64,000 nucleotides of DNA from Nannocystales bacterium (lineage in GTDB: Bacteria; Myxococcota_A; Polyangia; Nannocystales; Nannocystaceae). A program made the translations under genes and the position numbers. The notes below the pieces were generated by a model. The model was not told where the DNA came from and ran no database searches. It saw nothing but the letters and a program-made list of their open reading frames with translations. This document shows, in pieces, positions 8,595 to 17,691 of the stretch (positions are counted from its first letter, which is position 1; the number at the start of each line of letters is the position of its first letter). The DNA is taken from positions 32,001 to 96,000 of the forward strand of contig JBOEGF010000021.1 of assembly GCA_050633305.1 (NCBI GenBank), given 5' to 3'.

Positions 8595-10478
8595 GTGGAC
8601 CTGGATGCAGGTCTCGAACGGTTCGGTCACACGCAGTTTCGTCCTGGGCAGCGTGAGGCCATGGAGACGCTGCTCGAGCGTCGCCGTCTGCTGCTCGTCG
8701 CCCCGACCGGCGGCGGCAAGAGCCTGACGTACCAGCTTCCCGCGACCCTGCTGGGGGGGACGACGATCGTGATCTCACCGCTGGTCGCGTTGATGGCGGA
8801 TCAGGTCGCGTCCATGACGGCCATGGGCGTGCGGGCCACGTACCTGGCGGCCACCCTTCCCGGCGACGAGGTCCGCGCTCGTATGGGAGACATCGCGCGC
8901 GGGCTGTTCGACATCGTCTACGTCGCCCCCGAGCGTCTGGCCTTCGGGGGCTTTCGTGGCATCGCGCAGCAGCTCAACGTCCCGCTGGTCGCGGTCGACG
9001 AGGCCCACTGCATCAGCGAGTGGGGCCACGACTTTCGCCCCGAGTACATGCAGATCGGCGACTTCGTGCAGTCGCTTCCCTCGGCGCGGTTGCTCGCGTG
9101 CACGGCCACCGCCACGCCGATCGTGCGCGACGAGATTCTCTCGCGGCTCGGTCTCCCCGATGACACGCCGCAGATCGTCAAGGGCTTCGCGCGCCCCAAC
9201 CTCGCGCTGCGGGTCAAGGAGCTGCGGTACGCGAAAGAGCGCGACCCGCATGTCGATGACGCGCTCAAGGACGCCTTGGGAACGCCGGCCGGCGAGCGCA
9301 TGGGCACCGCCATCGTCTACGCGCCCACGCGCAAGGCCACGCAGGAACAAGCCAGCCGCCTCGAGCGGTTGGGCTGGGCCGCGGCCGCCTACCACGCGGG
9401 CATGACGGGCACCCACCGCGAGGAGGTGCAGATGCGCTTCATCGGCGGCGAACTCGATGTCGTCGTGGCGACCAATGCGTTCGGTATGGGCATCGATCGC
9501 GGCGATGTTCGGGTGGTCGTACACCTCGCGCCCCCGAGCTCCATCGAGGCCTACTATCAGGAGGTCGGCCGCGCCGGTCGAGATGGCGATCCGGCGACGG
9601 GTTTGCTCATGTACACGCCCTCCGACGTGCAGCTACGCCGGCGGTTGCTCGAGCGTGGCATGGACGGTGAGCCCACGCCCAAGGCGGTCTTCGAGCACAA
9701 GTGGAACCTGTTCCTCGAGCTGATGCGATGGGCCGAGGGGGGCAGCTGCCGCCACGACGCCATCCTTCGGTACTTCAGCGATGAAGCCGAGACCCTGGCC
9801 GGCTGCGGCATGTGTGACGCCTGCGAGCACATGGGCGAGGAGGCCCACGACCCCGAAGAGGTCACGCTCATCGTTCGCAAGGCGCTCTCGGGCATCGCAC
9901 GGGTACACGGCCGCTACGGCCTCACCGCCGCAGCCAAACTTCTCAAGGGCAACAAAGACCCTCGTATCGAGCGAGCGGGACTGGAGAACACCCGCACGCA
10001 TGGTGCGTTGTCCGAGCACTCCGAGGCTTGGATTACCAAGCTGCTTCGACGCTGCGTGACCGCCGGGTGGGCCGACTTCATGGGAGACCCGCACCCGGTC
10101 GTCTACCTCACCGACGACGGCAAGGATGTCATGGCCGGGCGCAGGCCTGCGCGGCTCGTATTGCCACGCGCGGTCGAGGTCGCGAAATCATCCTCGCCGC
10201 GCAGTCGCGGTGCCAAGCGCGGCTCGGTCGATGCTCCCGAACTCGACCAGGCGGCACTGGCCGTGTTCGAAGCACTCCGAGTCTACCGGCGGGAGCGGGC
10301 CAAGGACGACGGGGTGCCGCCGTACGTCGTGGCCAGCGACCGAACGCTGCGGGATGTTGCCATGCTGCGGCCGCGCACGGCGGACGAGCTGATGCTGGCG
10401 CATGGGATCGGCCCGTCCAAGCTCGAGAAGTACGGCGAGGGGCTGTTGGCCTGCGTCGCACAAACGCACCCGGGCTGA
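8595..10478 (+). CDS. recQ: RecQ-family ATP-dependent DNA helicase with RQC and HRDC domains
   Basis: PTGGGKSL, VDEAHCISEWGHDFRP, TATAT, QEVGRAGRDG, Zn-binding CRH...CGMCDAC, HRDC VPPYVVASDRTL; start uncertain (8490-8660). Confidence 0.95.
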   Translation: MDLDAGLERFGHTQFRPGQREAMETLLERRRLLLVAPTGGGKSLTYQLPATLLGGTTIVISPLVALMADQVASMTAMGVRATYLAATLPGDEVRARMGDIARGLFDIVYVAPERLAFGGFRGIAQQLNVPLVAVDEAHCISEWGHDFRPEYMQIGDFVQSLPSARLLACTATATPIVRDEILSRLGLPDDTPQIVKGFARPNLALRVKELRYAKERDPHVDDALKDALGTPAGERMGTAIVYAPTRKATQEQASRLERLGWAAAAYHAGMTGTHREEVQMRFIGGELDVVVATNAFGMGIDRGDVRVVVHLAPPSSIEAYYQEVGRAGRDGDPATGLLMYTPSDVQLRRRLLERGMDGEPTPKAVFEHKWNLFLELMRWAEGGSCRHDAILRYFSDEAETLAGCGMCDACEHMGEEAHDPEEVTLIVRKALSGIARVHGRYGLTAAAKLLKGNKDPRIERAGLENTRTHGALSEHSEAWITKLLRRCVTAGWADFMGDPHPVVYLTDDGKDVMAGRRPARLVLPRAVEVAKSSSPRSRGAKRGSVDAPELDQAALAVFEALRVYRRERAKDDGVPPYVVASDRTLRDVAMLRPRTADELMLAHGIGPSKLEKYGEGLLACVAQTHPG

Positions 10479-10560
10479 GCGAAGCAACGGGGCGTGGCGT
10501 TTTCGAGTGTTCGAATTCGTGCTTCTGTTGTCCGGTAGGCGGCTTGATATCGACTTTCGG

Positions 10561-10586
10561 CAAATACGACAGTGCTGTCGTATTTG
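10561..10586. repeat. Perfect 12-bp inverted repeat CAAATACGACAG-TG-CTGTCGTATTTG
   Basis: Read directly; lies between the convergent recQ and hipA stops. Confidence 0.85.
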
Positions 10587-10604
10587 TGCGTTGAGCAGCA
10601 CGCG

Positions 10605-11909
10605 CTACGAGCTGCGTAGCCCCAGGCGGAAGGTCTTCGCAACTCGGCTGACGTCTGAGGGCTCGACGCCCGCTTGCTCTGCGTGCTCGTTCCACCGCTC
10701 GACGGAGCTCACGACGTGCTCGATCGCCTGCTTCGCTCGCGCGGGTTTGAGCCCCGAGGTGGAGGCGAAGGTCATGAGGTCGTCGCGAGTGAAGTCGTTT
10801 CTCTTCCCCGCCAAGCTCATCTGGTGATCCCGTGTCCAGGCACCCTGAGGGCTGTACGAGTAGGCCACGTCGTATGCAGGGGAGAGTCTCCACGAGCCAG
10901 CACGGTCCATGAGGAACGAGATGTTTTTGACGTGGTCGTTTTGGTTGCGAGCCACGACGTTGAAGACGGCGCGCTTGTACTGTTGTTCGACGACCCCCAT
11001 TCCCTGCCGCAGGGATTGGAGAGTTCGGACCGCCTGCTCGTACGAGTACGAGACGGGGTCGTTGAAGTCGAAGTGCTGCATCGCTCCGAGCGACTGCATG
11101 TGAATCTTGCGCCCCCGGTTGTCCCGATCGAATCGACGGGTCATGAAGTGACTGCGGCCGCCCTCGTGGTGAAGTCTGCACTCCGACATCTCGATCCCCG
11201 CGGCCACAGCCATCAAGTGATACGCGTACTCGATCTTGCCGAAGCCCTGTGGGTCCGCGAGTTCTTTGTCGCGGTTGTTCGAGACGCCGTCGAACTTCAG
11301 GAGCCAGTGCTCGTAGCCTTCGTCGAGTTCCACTTGTCCGGACTTGAACTCTCCGGTTTCTCGATTCCACGCGAGGACGGCCTTGGCACGGGCCCCGCCG
11401 GCCGAAGTCCCCACGCTCAGGATGTCTTCGAGAGCCTCCCCATCGTTGGCACCCCCGAGCGTTCCGACAAGGTCTTCACGTTCTTGCATGACCCTGTTGG
11501 CCAGGTCCACCAACTGGGTCACTTCCAGCGTCTTCGAACGCGATGTCTTGCGGATGGTGGGCTGAAACTCGAGTGCCCCGATGCCTCGGTTGCCGATGTA
11601 GCAGAGGCGGTCGACCGGGCTGAACTGGCCCTCGTTTCGGCCCGTTTCGGCGAGCCACGCGTCGATGAGTCGGTTCCCGAACTTGTCTGGCAACGCGTCG
11701 GCGAGCATCCCAGGAAGTCCCTTGAAGGTCTCCTTGGGCAGGGCCGAAAACTCGTAGGGTGCCTCCCGTACCGGCATCTTCACAGGGGCGACTTCGATGC
11801 CCGCGCCCACGAACTTCGGGTCGTACTGAAACACGCCGAGGGCACGGGCTTCGTCCCAGCTGACAGCGCCGATACGGCGCCCCCACAACATCACGCTTGC
11901 GTCAGTCAT
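10605..11909 (-). CDS. hipA: HipA-family Ser/Thr kinase toxin (catalytic Asp position is Asn)
   Basis: ADALPDKFGN, GNRGIGALEF, P-loop GTSAGGARAK, FMTRRFDR, RNQNDHVKNISF, LSPAYD; start ATG 11909 overlaps the antitoxin end. Confidence 0.92.
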   Translation of the reverse strand: MTDASVMLWGRRIGAVSWDEARALGVFQYDPKFVGAGIEVAPVKMPVREAPYEFSALPKETFKGLPGMLADALPDKFGNRLIDAWLAETGRNEGQFSPVDRLCYIGNRGIGALEFQPTIRKTSRSKTLEVTQLVDLANRVMQEREDLVGTLGGANDGEALEDILSVGTSAGGARAKAVLAWNRETGEFKSGQVELDEGYEHWLLKFDGVSNNRDKELADPQGFGKIEYAYHLMAVAAGIEMSECRLHHEGGRSHFMTRRFDRDNRGRKIHMQSLGAMQHFDFNDPVSYSYEQAVRTLQSLRQGMGVVEQQYKRAVFNVVARNQNDHVKNISFLMDRAGSWRLSPAYDVAYSYSPQGAWTRDHQMSLAGKRNDFTRDDLMTFASTSGLKPARAKQAIEHVVSSVERWNEHAEQAGVEPSDVSRVAKTFRLGLRSS

Positions 11910-12240
11910 CGGTCTCGTCACCCCATGTCCAGGTTGATGGCGCCGGTCGTGCCGATGCCGGGCTTGCCCGTCTGCGCTCGGTGCCCTTCTTTGATACGCG
12001 CTCGATGGGCCCGACATCCCCTTTGGGCAGGGCGGAGAGGAGGGCGTCTGTCAGGTCGAGTGCGGCGGCGACCCGAAGGAAGGTGTCGAAGCTCGAGCGT
12101 TCCCCCGCCTCGAGCCGTCGAAGCGTACGCACTCCGATCCCCGCCTTCTCGGCGAGAGCGGCTTGCGTCACGTTTCGTGACAACCGTGCTCGCGCGATGC
12201 GTCGTCCGATTTCCTGTTCGACTTGAGTTGGGGTCGCCAT
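11902..12240 (-). CDS. XRE/HTH_3 regulator, putative HipB-like antitoxin
   Basis: IGRRIARARLSRNVTQAALAEKAGIGVRTLRRLEAG; C-terminal WTWGD; directly upstream of hipA. Confidence 0.88.
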   Translation of the reverse strand: MATPTQVEQEIGRRIARARLSRNVTQAALAEKAGIGVRTLRRLEAGERSSFDTFLRVAAALDLTDALLSALPKGDVGPIERVSKKGTERRRASPASARPAPSTWTWGDETDD

Positions 12241-12290
12241 GAGAACCTCAAGAGGCCGGATGATGCCGGTTCGTCCGATTTTTCCATCTT

Positions 12291-12382
12291 ATCGGCCGGA
12301 TATGGCCGATTGATAGCCCACTTCTGCAATGGGGCATATGTGGCCTGTTTACACGAAAATACCGATGAAAAGGCCACATATG
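12291..12382. promoter_or_regulatory. Candidate antitoxin operators
   Basis: ATCGGCC-N6-GGCCGAT at 12291-12310 and 12-bp IR CATATGTGGCCT (12335-12346) / AGGCCACATATG (12371-12382), in an AT-richer stretch upstream of the HTH gene. Confidence 0.55.
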
Positions 12383-12556
12383 ACCTCTTGACACCTTCAT
12401 TCCTCCTGGTGTGCTTATGCAGCTGCGCGTTTTCCGCAGTGGAGAGTTTGAAGAAAGAGAGGAAAACCGAAGAAAAGACGCCGACGGTTAATGGCGATGG
12501 GGAGGTCGCGAGACTCAACGTTGGTGAGGCCGGCTGATGCGGTCGGAGACCTAACG

Positions 12557-13567
12557 ATGATGAACTTGAAAAACTTGGCGTATCTCTCCCTGATCACCGT
12601 CGTCGCGGGAGCGTGCGACGTCAAACAGGATCTCGGCGACACCGCGACGACGGGGGAGTCGTCCGGTGAGACCACCGGGGAAACTTCGGGCGGGACGACA
12701 GGCGGGGCGGATACGGGCGTGTTGGATACCGGGCCTTGGGACGACACAGGCGTGGTGACCGAGGGCACCTCGACAGGCTCCGCCGAGACGGGGGTCCTCG
12801 ACACAGGCCCTTGGTGGGAGACGGGCGAGGAGACGGGCGAGACGCCGACATGCGACGCTCGGGAGGTCTCGGTTCGGTGGGATTCGTCGGGACTGTCTCC
12901 GGAGGCGCTGGGGTTTGGTGGGACGTTTGTCGGCATCGGAGCGTGCCAGCCAGAGGTTCAGTCGGAAGGCGGCTCGGCTGTCACGCTGTCGCTCGCCTGC
13001 ACGCTCAGCGGAACCCGAGATGGCACCGACTTCGCCGACGAGGAGATTGCGATCGCTCTCGACTTCACGATCGAGGGCGCATCGGCGGACATTCTCCCCT
13101 CCTTCTCGGACTCGCTGTCCGCCCAGATCGTTGTTTCGTCGGCGGGCCTGGCTCAAGGTGCCGCGCGTTACATCGTGCTCGAGCAGCCCATGTTGCCGAC
13201 CGACGGCGATGCTCCGGTGCTGATCGCTGTGGATGCTCCTTCACTGGAACCATCGTCTGCGACCTACGCCGAGTGGTACGAGCAGGACTGGTACGTCGGT
13301 CCATCGTTCGCGACCGCTGACGCGACGTGTGAGACCGGTGATGCGCCTGCATGCGGGTACGACGTTGCCCTCGAGGCGGGTTGGCTCGATCGGTCGCCTG
13401 TCGCCGTTCATGGTGGCGGCGCGGAGACCTTCGGAGCGCCAACCGAGGGCGGGACTTACGACCTCTTCGTCGAGACGGCTTGGGAAGCGCCGCAAAGCCC
13501 CGATTGCGGCGTCGACTTCCCCACCGCGGAGTTCAGCTTCGTCGCTCTGGGCGCGACGGCTTCGTAG
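12557..13567 (+). CDS. Acidic lipoprotein, unknown function
   Basis: GGAG upstream; lipobox VAGAC; Thr/Gly linker with duplicated GVLDTGPW; several Cys. Confidence 0.75.
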   Translation: MMNLKNLAYLSLITVVAGACDVKQDLGDTATTGESSGETTGETSGGTTGGADTGVLDTGPWDDTGVVTEGTSTGSAETGVLDTGPWWETGEETGETPTCDAREVSVRWDSSGLSPEALGFGGTFVGIGACQPEVQSEGGSAVTLSLACTLSGTRDGTDFADEEIAIALDFTIEGASADILPSFSDSLSAQIVVSSAGLAQGAARYIVLEQPMLPTDGDAPVLIAVDAPSLEPSSATYAEWYEQDWYVGPSFATADATCETGDAPACGYDVALEAGWLDRSPVAVHGGGAETFGAPTEGGTYDLFVETAWEAPQSPDCGVDFPTAEFSFVALGATAS

Positions 13568-13599
13568 CACGGGAGTGGGGGGGCACGGTATGGTTGAGC

Positions 13600-14535
13600 A
13601 TGCTCTTCGGTCTGCTGGCGATGGCGCTGTACGCCGCGCCTGCACAACCCTCGGTGGAGGTACGTTGGGTCGGCCCGGTGCAGTGCGTGGATCCGGTCGA
13701 GCTGGAAGCTCTGGTAGTGGAGCTGGCCGGGGTTCCTCCATCGCCCATCGTGCTGTCGGTCTCTGCTACGCCTGCGACGCAGTGGAGCGTGGAAATCGAG
13801 TACGAGGATACGCAGCGGGTGGTGGCGTCAGACGACTGCGCGCTGCTCACCGAGGCGGTTGCCCTGATCGTCGCAGTTCGTATCGATCCGCTTCGCACGG
13901 CCTCGCAGGTCGAGCCGGAGCCGGAGCCGGAGCCCGGACCCACGCCCGAACCCGAACCCGAACTCGAACCCAAGCCGGCGCCGCGACCCCGACCTCTCGA
14001 ACCCGAGCGTCCGCGACCCGCTCGCGGTCCGCTCGCTCCCTCCGCGGCGGTTGGGGTGGCGGGCAGCTTGGGGTCACTGCCTCGCGGAGGTGTGGCGCTG
14101 CGAGCCGATGTCGGAGTCCGTCGCAACGCCCTCGAAGTCGATATCGGGGCAGTGGCGACGCTGGGCCCCGAGTCCCGTGCACAACAGGGGGTGGCCTCAG
14201 CGTTTCGTCTGTTCGCGGGGCTGGCACAAGCTTGCTGGGTCCTCGAATCGGGGGCCGTTGCCGCCCCGCTGTGCGGGCGCGCGGAGGTTGGGCTGTTCCA
14301 GGCTCGACCGCGAGGGCTACAGAGGCCCAACGACATCAACGCGCTGTGGCTCGCCCCGGCGCTACGAGCCGGACTTGCCCCTGCGCGTGGTCGCTTCGCC
14401 CCCGAGGGCTTCCTCGAGGTCGCGGCTCCACTGCGTCGGCACCGGTTCGAGGTGACCGGCGTGGGTCGGCTTCATCGCCTGCCGCCCGTCGCGTTGCGGC
14501 TGGGGGTCGCACTGCGCTTCAGGGGTCGAAGCTGA
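13600..14535 (+). CDS. Exported protein: W-x-x-P-x-x-C N-domain, PE linker, amphipathic beta-rich C-domain
   Basis: Signal peptide; RWVGPVQC...DCALLTEAVALIVAVRIDP; ends LRLGVALRFRGRS; paralog of 53939-54931. Confidence 0.75.
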   Translation: MLFGLLAMALYAAPAQPSVEVRWVGPVQCVDPVELEALVVELAGVPPSPIVLSVSATPATQWSVEIEYEDTQRVVASDDCALLTEAVALIVAVRIDPLRTASQVEPEPEPEPGPTPEPEPELEPKPAPRPRPLEPERPRPARGPLAPSAAVGVAGSLGSLPRGGVALRADVGVRRNALEVDIGAVATLGPESRAQQGVASAFRLFAGLAQACWVLESGAVAAPLCGRAEVGLFQARPRGLQRPNDINALWLAPALRAGLAPARGRFAPEGFLEVAAPLRRHRFEVTGVGRLHRLPPVALRLGVALRFRGRS

Positions 14536-14536
14536 G

Positions 14537-15700
14537 ATGAACGCCCCTGTGCAGCCGGCCACGGCAGGTCCCATCGGCGAGTTGTTCTCGGAGCACGGCG
14601 ACTTCGTGTTTCGGACACTGCAGTATCTTGGAGTTCCGGGGCCCTCTCTCGATGATGGCCTTCAGGACGTCTTCGTCACGGCGTACCGTCGCTGGGGCAC
14701 GTTCGAAGGTCGGTCGGCTCCGCGGACCTGGCTGTACGGCATCGCTCGGCGGGTGGCGTTTCGATACCGTCGCAAGGACGAGAACCATCGTCGTCGGTTT
14801 GTGTTGACCGAGCGCATCGTGGAGGGGGTGGATGCTCCGTTCGAACAAGCCCATGCCCGACGCTCGGTCCAGGCCCTGCTCGAAGGGCTCGACGAGGACA
14901 AGCGCGCGGCGTTCGTGCTGGTGGAGGTCGAAGGCTTCACAGCAGCGGAGGCCGCCGAGCTCCTCGAGATCCCACTGGGCACCGTCTACTCGCGAGTGCG
15001 CGCCGCATGGGGGCGTCTACGGGATGCTGCGCGTCAAGACGTGCACGTGTCCTCGATGCAGGTCGAGATGGAGTCCGAGCGGCGGGTGGGTCTGCAGCGT
15101 GCACTGATGGCGGCGTGCCTTCCCGCCTCCGCTGGCGCCGTTGGGACCGCGACCACGGGGCTTGGCGCGATGGGTTGGGTCTGGGCCGTTGCAGCGGCGG
15201 GCGTGCTCGCTGTTGGCATCGGCGTGGCAGCGGACTCAGGACCTCCGGAGCCCGCGCCGGTCGTCGAACAGCCCGAGACTCGCGCGCCGGCCGGGGTTGC
15301 CGAGCTGAAGCCAGTGCCGGTTGCACCCGCAGTCGCCCCACCCTCGCCCGTCTCGCCGGAGCCCCAGGCGCATGCGGCCCTCGAAAGCATCGGTGCTGTC
15401 GACCCCGAACCGGGGGTCGCAACGCCCAAACCGGAGGTCGCAACACCGATTCGAACTCAGAGTCCCAGGGGGAAGCCGGCGGCAGAGGGGACGAACGCAG
15501 AGCCTCCGCCCAGCCGCCTTGTCGAGGAGCTGGCGCTGATCCGCAAGGCGAAGGAACTGGTCCGGGACGGAAAGCCCGACGAGGCTGAGAAGGTGCTCGA
15601 CGAGCACGCCCGAGCGTTCGCGGACGGACAACTCTCCGACGAGCGGCGTGAGGTTCGGCGCTCGTTGGCGTCCTCTGCTCAGGACGCGGCCGCGCCGTAG
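14537..15700 (+). CDS. ECF sigma factor fused to a TM segment, Pro-rich linker and TPR-like C-domain
   Basis: sigma2 LDDGLQDVFVTAYRR...TWLYGIARRV; sigma4 EAAELLEIPLGTVYSRV; TM WVWAVAAAGVLAVGIGVAA; EELALIRKAK...EHARAFADGQLSDER. Confidence 0.9.
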   Translation: MNAPVQPATAGPIGELFSEHGDFVFRTLQYLGVPGPSLDDGLQDVFVTAYRRWGTFEGRSAPRTWLYGIARRVAFRYRRKDENHRRRFVLTERIVEGVDAPFEQAHARRSVQALLEGLDEDKRAAFVLVEVEGFTAAEAAELLEIPLGTVYSRVRAAWGRLRDAARQDVHVSSMQVEMESERRVGLQRALMAACLPASAGAVGTATTGLGAMGWVWAVAAAGVLAVGIGVAADSGPPEPAPVVEQPETRAPAGVAELKPVPVAPAVAPPSPVSPEPQAHAALESIGAVDPEPGVATPKPEVATPIRTQSPRGKPAAEGTNAEPPPSRLVEELALIRKAKELVRDGKPDEAEKVLDEHARAFADGQLSDERREVRRSLASSAQDAAAP

Positions 15701-15995
15701 CGGCGCCGTCGCACGCTGGCCGGAGGGCGTTTCTTGGGAACGCCGGGTGGCTTCCACGGAGACTGTGACGGCCATTCAGGCGGACCCGCGTCGATGCAAT
15801 CGGGTGGTCCCTCGGGGAGCGAGGAGAACCCATGGTTGCTCACCGACCCAGGGGTCCGAAGGGTGGAAATCGAGGCCTGCTACGGTTCTCTCGACCGCCG
15901 GATGGTAATCTGACTCTGGGGTGGGGGGATCGAACACGACGTCGGATGAACCGACCCGGCATTTCATTGGTCTTCTTCGCGGGTTGCCCCACCGG

Positions 15996-17561
15996 GTGTT
16001 TCGACGCCGCACTGGGCGAGGGCGGGTGCTCCTGCTCGCCGCTGCTGCACCGGTCTTGGCGTGCGGGGCGAATACGTACTCGTGCACCGACGGTGCGCAG
16101 TGCGGTGACGGGTTTTGCGAGGAGACGGGCCTGTGCTCGTTCGCGGATGATGGGTGTGAGAGCGGCCGACGCTATGCCGAATACGCGGGGGCACTCTCCG
16201 GTCTCTGCGTGCCCCCCACCTCCAACGGGTCCTCGGGCGTCGGCACCGAGTCCACGGCGACGGAGGCGATGACCCTGACCAGCGGAGACCTGTCGTCCTC
16301 GTCCTCGGCGAGTGGCTCGGGGAGCGACACCGGAGTCTCGGCATCCGCAGGCGAGACAGCCCGCGATCCAGAGCCCATCTGCGGAGACGGGTCCCTGGAC
16401 GAAGGGGAGGCCTGCGACGACGGCAACGACATCGAAGGGGACGGATGCAGCACCGAGTGCATTCGTTCGGGGATGGTTCTGTGGTCTCACGTTCGGAGCA
16501 GTGAGGCGAGCACGCTCGAGCAGTTCTCCGGCGTCGCGGTGCTGGGTGAAGACCCGGTCGTCGCGGGCTTGGGCGTTGCTGGTGGTCCGACACAGGACAT
16601 CCTCGTGCAACGGTGGACGCCCGAGGGGGAGAGCGTCTGGGACGTCGCGCATGATGTGGACGGCGACGCCGATCGGGGGGCGGGACTCGTGGTGGGTGCA
16701 GACGCGGTCACCGTGTTCGGAACCGCCACGGTTGCGCAGTCTGACGCGTCGACGACACTCGAGCGCTGGGTGGGCCAGTTCTCCTCCAACGAGGGGTCTT
16801 TGGTGCGTGAGGCCACCTTGGGCGAGGGGGAGCTGTTCGGTGGCGTGGTCTCGGACGATGGCGTTGTACTGGTGGGGACCGACGGCACCGGGGACTCCAG
16901 CGAGCGGGGGTGGGCGGGCAACATCACCGCTGAGCTGGCTGTGGCTTCCGCAGTCGTGGACCCCGGAGACGAGGCGAGTCAGTACAACGACGTCGCTGTG
17001 CTCCCCGGTGGCGAGACATTCGTCGCCGGGATGCGGGGGGCGAGTACCGAGACTGAGGCCGACTTCATCGTGGATGCGGTGAGCCCCATGTCGGTCTCGC
17101 CCGTGCAGCGCATCGCAGCCGAGTTCAGCCTCACCCAGGCCCAGGGGATTGCGGCCGCTGCCAGGGGGGAGCTGTTCGTCGGCGGGCACGCGCGACAGGA
17201 ACTCGGCGGACGTCAACTCTACTTGGAGCGCTTCTCCTTGGCTGATGGAGTCCAGTGGTCCAGCACAGAGTCGAGCGCCGATTCCGAGTCTGACGAGATC
17301 GAAGCCGTCGCAGTTGCGCCCAACGGCGATGTCTTGGTGACCGGTCTGTACTGGGGCGGTCTTCGACGAGAGACCGACGTCCTGCTGCGGCGCTTCGATG
17401 CAAACGGAGAGCTTCGGTGGGCCGCTGAGATCGACTTCGCTGGGGACCGGGATCTCGGTCGCGGAATCGTTGTCAGCTCAGAGGGGGCCGTATATGTCGC
17501 AGGACGGGTGACGACAGCCGCAGGAGACGTTCGGGCCTACGTTGCGCGTGTGGTTCCGTAG
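15996..17561 (+). CDS. Lipoprotein with Cys-rich N-domain, Myxococcus Cys-rich repeat and beta-propeller
   Basis: Lipobox VLAC; CGDGSLDEGEACDDGNDIEGDGCSTEC; repeated propeller blades; start approximate. Confidence 0.8.
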   Translation: MFRRRTGRGRVLLLAAAAPVLACGANTYSCTDGAQCGDGFCEETGLCSFADDGCESGRRYAEYAGALSGLCVPPTSNGSSGVGTESTATEAMTLTSGDLSSSSSASGSGSDTGVSASAGETARDPEPICGDGSLDEGEACDDGNDIEGDGCSTECIRSGMVLWSHVRSSEASTLEQFSGVAVLGEDPVVAGLGVAGGPTQDILVQRWTPEGESVWDVAHDVDGDADRGAGLVVGADAVTVFGTATVAQSDASTTLERWVGQFSSNEGSLVREATLGEGELFGGVVSDDGVVLVGTDGTGDSSERGWAGNITAELAVASAVVDPGDEASQYNDVAVLPGGETFVAGMRGASTETEADFIVDAVSPMSVSPVQRIAAEFSLTQAQGIAAAARGELFVGGHARQELGGRQLYLERFSLADGVQWSSTESSADSESDEIEAVAVAPNGDVLVTGLYWGGLRRETDVLLRRFDANGELRWAAEIDFAGDRDLGRGIVVSSEGAVYVAGRVTTAAGDVRAYVARVVP

Positions 17562-17691
17562 GCCCTCGACTCTCGCCGTCGCGGCGATGGGGGGCGGCTC
17601 AACTTCTTCAGCACTGGGGGCTGCCGCAGTGGGCTACCGCCCCCGATAAGAACCGTTGTGACCGGACCGCAGACGCCCGAACATTGTCGCC

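Noticed and set aside
10674..12242. Long antisense ORFs (also 35140-36531, 41947-43497, 44419-45981, 50792-52552, 58730-60361)
   Set aside because: High-GC shadow frames opposite well-supported genes, with no motifs.
10479..12556. hipBA region as an IS, integron cassette or prophage
   Set aside because: No transposase, integrase, attC-like structure or target duplication recognised.
12480..14536. Duplicated ECF promoter for module copy 1
   Set aside because: No convincing shared bipartite motif before the lipoprotein and the ECF by eye.
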